Of a DNA stretch of 64,000 bases, positions 61,173-64,000 are shown in pieces. Source of the stretch: Octopus sinensis (lineage: Eukaryota); contig NC_042998.1 in NCBI RefSeq assembly GCF_006345805.1, positions 25,854,001 through 25,918,000 of the forward strand, in the 5' to 3' direction. A model generated the notes under the pieces. It ran no database searches. It was not told the DNA's origin and saw only the letters and a program-made list of their open reading frames with translations. The first letter of the stretch is position 1; each line of letters starts with the position of its first letter. The position numbers and the translations under genes are program-made.

Positions 61173-62515
61173 ATGCAGTGCTCCAGCTAGGCCACTGTCA
61201 AATGACAGAAACAAGTAAAAGAGTAAAGAGTAAGCCATCAATACTACTATTTTAACCATCATATCGTAAACCCACACAAAATTTATACTGTATTCAGTCT
61301 TGCTCTTCAAATAGTCATACATATGTCAACATATGGTTCCATAATGGAATACTGTGTCCTTGCTAGCAGTTAATATTTGCATACCACTCTGCTGAGTGGT
61401 TGGTGTTAGGAAGGGCATTCGACCATAAAAACCCTCCCAAAACAGATGCAGAAGTCTGGTGCAACCCATGCTAGCATGGAAGACGAATGCTAAATGATGA
61501 TGATGATGATGTACCAGTTACCAGGAATGTTTTTAATATGTAAATTGGTCAATCCACTAGTGTTACACCACGAAGCTTAATGCGTATTTAAGCAGAGCAT
61601 TCGTGGATAGTAGAAGGGTTGGATGCAATGCTAATGAGAGAGCAATAACTCTGGAAATATGTATATACTCTCACGACTAATTTTTCCTATATTCAGTGAC
61701 ATTGTTTACATTAATATATTTGTTTATGGAAACGTCATAACTTTCAGTCTTGGTTCTGAATTCTATAAAAAAAATCTGTTGAGATAAACTTTAAAAATAT
61801 CAACATAGAAGACTGACACACCATAAGTAATCTGAAAGGCAAAAATACTTTACATTATCTTTCTATTTATCTCTAACCAAAAACAAAAAAAATTAAACAA
61901 AATAAAAACAAAACATAAAATACACAAGATATAAAAGTGTTTATCTACACCTTATGTCACTTCAGAAACAAGTTAAACCAATTACAATTTCTATAACCTT
62001 CTATACTTCCCAAACACTATATTAATAACTTGAATTTCAAATGATTCCTTGTGATTTGAAATTCTTATTCCCTGTAGTCACTAATTCCTTTTTCAAAGAC
62101 AATAATGTAAATCCGTATGTATACATGCATCTGTGCACATGTGTCTATGACTATACTCATGTGTGTATTTGTGTACATATATATATATATAAATATATAA
62201 GTTATGGGGTGTATGTAAACCACATAGATAAAATTTTATTTTAGTGAAATGGGATTATTTGTAAAAAAAAAAATCTCAGATAAACGTCGTTGAAAAGTAT
62301 ATCATAAACAACAGAATCCCAGTTAGCTTTAACCATTAATGTTTATCTTGCAATACAGAATCATAAGATTCTTAACATTATATATATGCGTGTATATCTA
62401 CATGTATGTATGTATGTATGTGTGTATATATATTTATATAGATATATGTGTGTGTGTGTGTGTCTGTTGTGCATATAAAAATATATACGTATATATATAC
62501 ATATATATATATAAA

Positions 62516-62561
<46 letters not shown>

Positions 62562-63000
62562 TCCTTGTGTTCTTCCTATTCAACCCTTGATTTATAATGT
62601 GTATATATATATATATTATATATATATATATATATGTATGTTCTTCAATGAGTGAAGTATTCTTGATATTTAATCTCCAAGACTTCTAGCAGATAATTTT
62701 AGAAAACCATCAAGTTTTAGTTCCCATGAAACTGTTAGTAATGAAAAGATTCCAACAAATTTTTAACTTAAGATTAAAATCAAAACTGAAAGAGATTATG
62801 TTATATCCACATGTTTGCAGTTCTCGCTGTATATCCATATGTTAGTAAAGTTCAATAAATTTATATTACAACAAAGCATCCATTGTTTGCCCTATTTTAA
62901 GCATGGCTGCTTCAATTCACTTCATCTTGTAACTGTTACTGCTATTCATGTCAAAGAAATTAAGATCCAAGAACAATATAGAAAATCCTTATTATTTTAA

Positions 63001-63222
63001 CACTTTACCATTCAGATTACTTTATCAAATGTAATGCTTATTCATCCACATTGTTTTGAATTAATCATGTCTTATCTTGTAGCTTTGAGATTTCAATGAT
63101 GTGGTTGTATAATTTTAGAATGTCATTGTAGGATAAGTGTGAAAAGCCAGATATATTGATGGTTTGAACATAAAACAGATAGAATATTTAGACCAAATAT
63201 GGCTGATTTAAATGCTAAAGGT
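63001..63222. mobile_element. piggyBac-type MITE, second family
   Basis: TTAA|CACTTTACCATTCAGAT...ATTTAAATGCTAAAGGT|TTAA. Confidence 0.55.
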
Positions 63223-63492
63223 TTAAAGTTCAAAATTCACGTACTGAAATAATCACAACTAAGATTTTTGAAATTGTTTTAAACATCAATGGCAGTGCTC
63301 CAGCATGGCTATAACTTACTGGTGGAACCAATAAAAGACAATAAAAAAACATACTGAAATAATATGGTCGCTAAATTCTTTTTTTAATTCTTTCTTTTAC
63401 ATAATATTTTTCGGAACAGCATTTCAGAAGAGAATATATTTTCTTGCATTTCTGCAATGCGTAAAATTTCATTTGTACATAAATAACATTTC

Positions 63493-63556
<64 letters not shown>

Positions 63557-63659
63557 TATTATATAAATATATATATATATATATAATATATATATTATAT
63601 ATATGTATATATATGTGTGTGTGGGTGTGTATAAATATATATATATGTATATATATATA

Positions 63660-63875
63660 TATTTCATTTTTTGATTTGGTTTGCAAGATTCTTTATATGA
63701 GTTCGTGTGTTGAAGCATATACTGTTGTGTCTGGGGAGAGTCATTTTCTTTTTGTGCCTTATGATTTAAAACACTCACTGGTAAAATTTCCACTTGTTTC
63801 ATATTTTTATTTTCCTAAAATCTTCATTGCATCTTGCAACCTTTTCAATAGTCTTGACTCTGTCCGTTATTTTAT
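63660..63875. mobile_element. family P long arm without fold-back
   Basis: Same extension and arm, continuing to CTCTGTCCGTTA; (TA)n on both sides. Confidence 0.7.
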
Positions 63876-64000
63876 ATATATATATATAAAATAATATGTT
63901 ACATTACTCAATAGTCAAGATAACATATTATTTTATAGATAAATTTCCTCTATTTACATAATATTGAGGTCTCTTTCTTTCTTTTGTTATCTTACCGTTT

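Noticed and set aside
63990-64000. Minus-strand donor AAACG|GTAAGA at the window edge
   Set aside because: Only 5 nt of the putative exon are visible, so it cannot be assessed.

Overview
AT-rich, microsatellite-saturated animal genomic DNA, mostly intronic or intergenic. The SINE and RTE repertoire points to an octopod cephalopod (Octopus); this is an inference from remembered repeat families, not a database hit. No complete protein-coding gene is recognisable, and most ORF-track entries are microsatellite or SINE artefacts. The window contains: (i) dozens of tRNA-derived SINEs from at least four families, plus RTE-LINE 3' ends with ~60-bp tandem units; (ii) fragments of restriction-like-endonuclease LINEs (R4/Dong-like) beside (AAT)n tracts, Tc1/mariner remnants, Helitron-type and piggyBac/hAT-type non-autonomous elements; (iii) several Penelope-like element (PLE) relics, one with a 148-codon open Zn-finger/GIY-YIG frame; (iv) about nine hammerhead ribozyme motifs of several unrelated sequences, three with an intact catalytic core, usually beside fold-back inverted repeats and (TA)n; (v) a decayed U6 snRNA copy joined directly to a retroposon 3' tail; (vi) weak evidence for a minus-strand host gene (50-nt exon, 14-nt microexon, terminal exon with polyA signal) of unknown identity.
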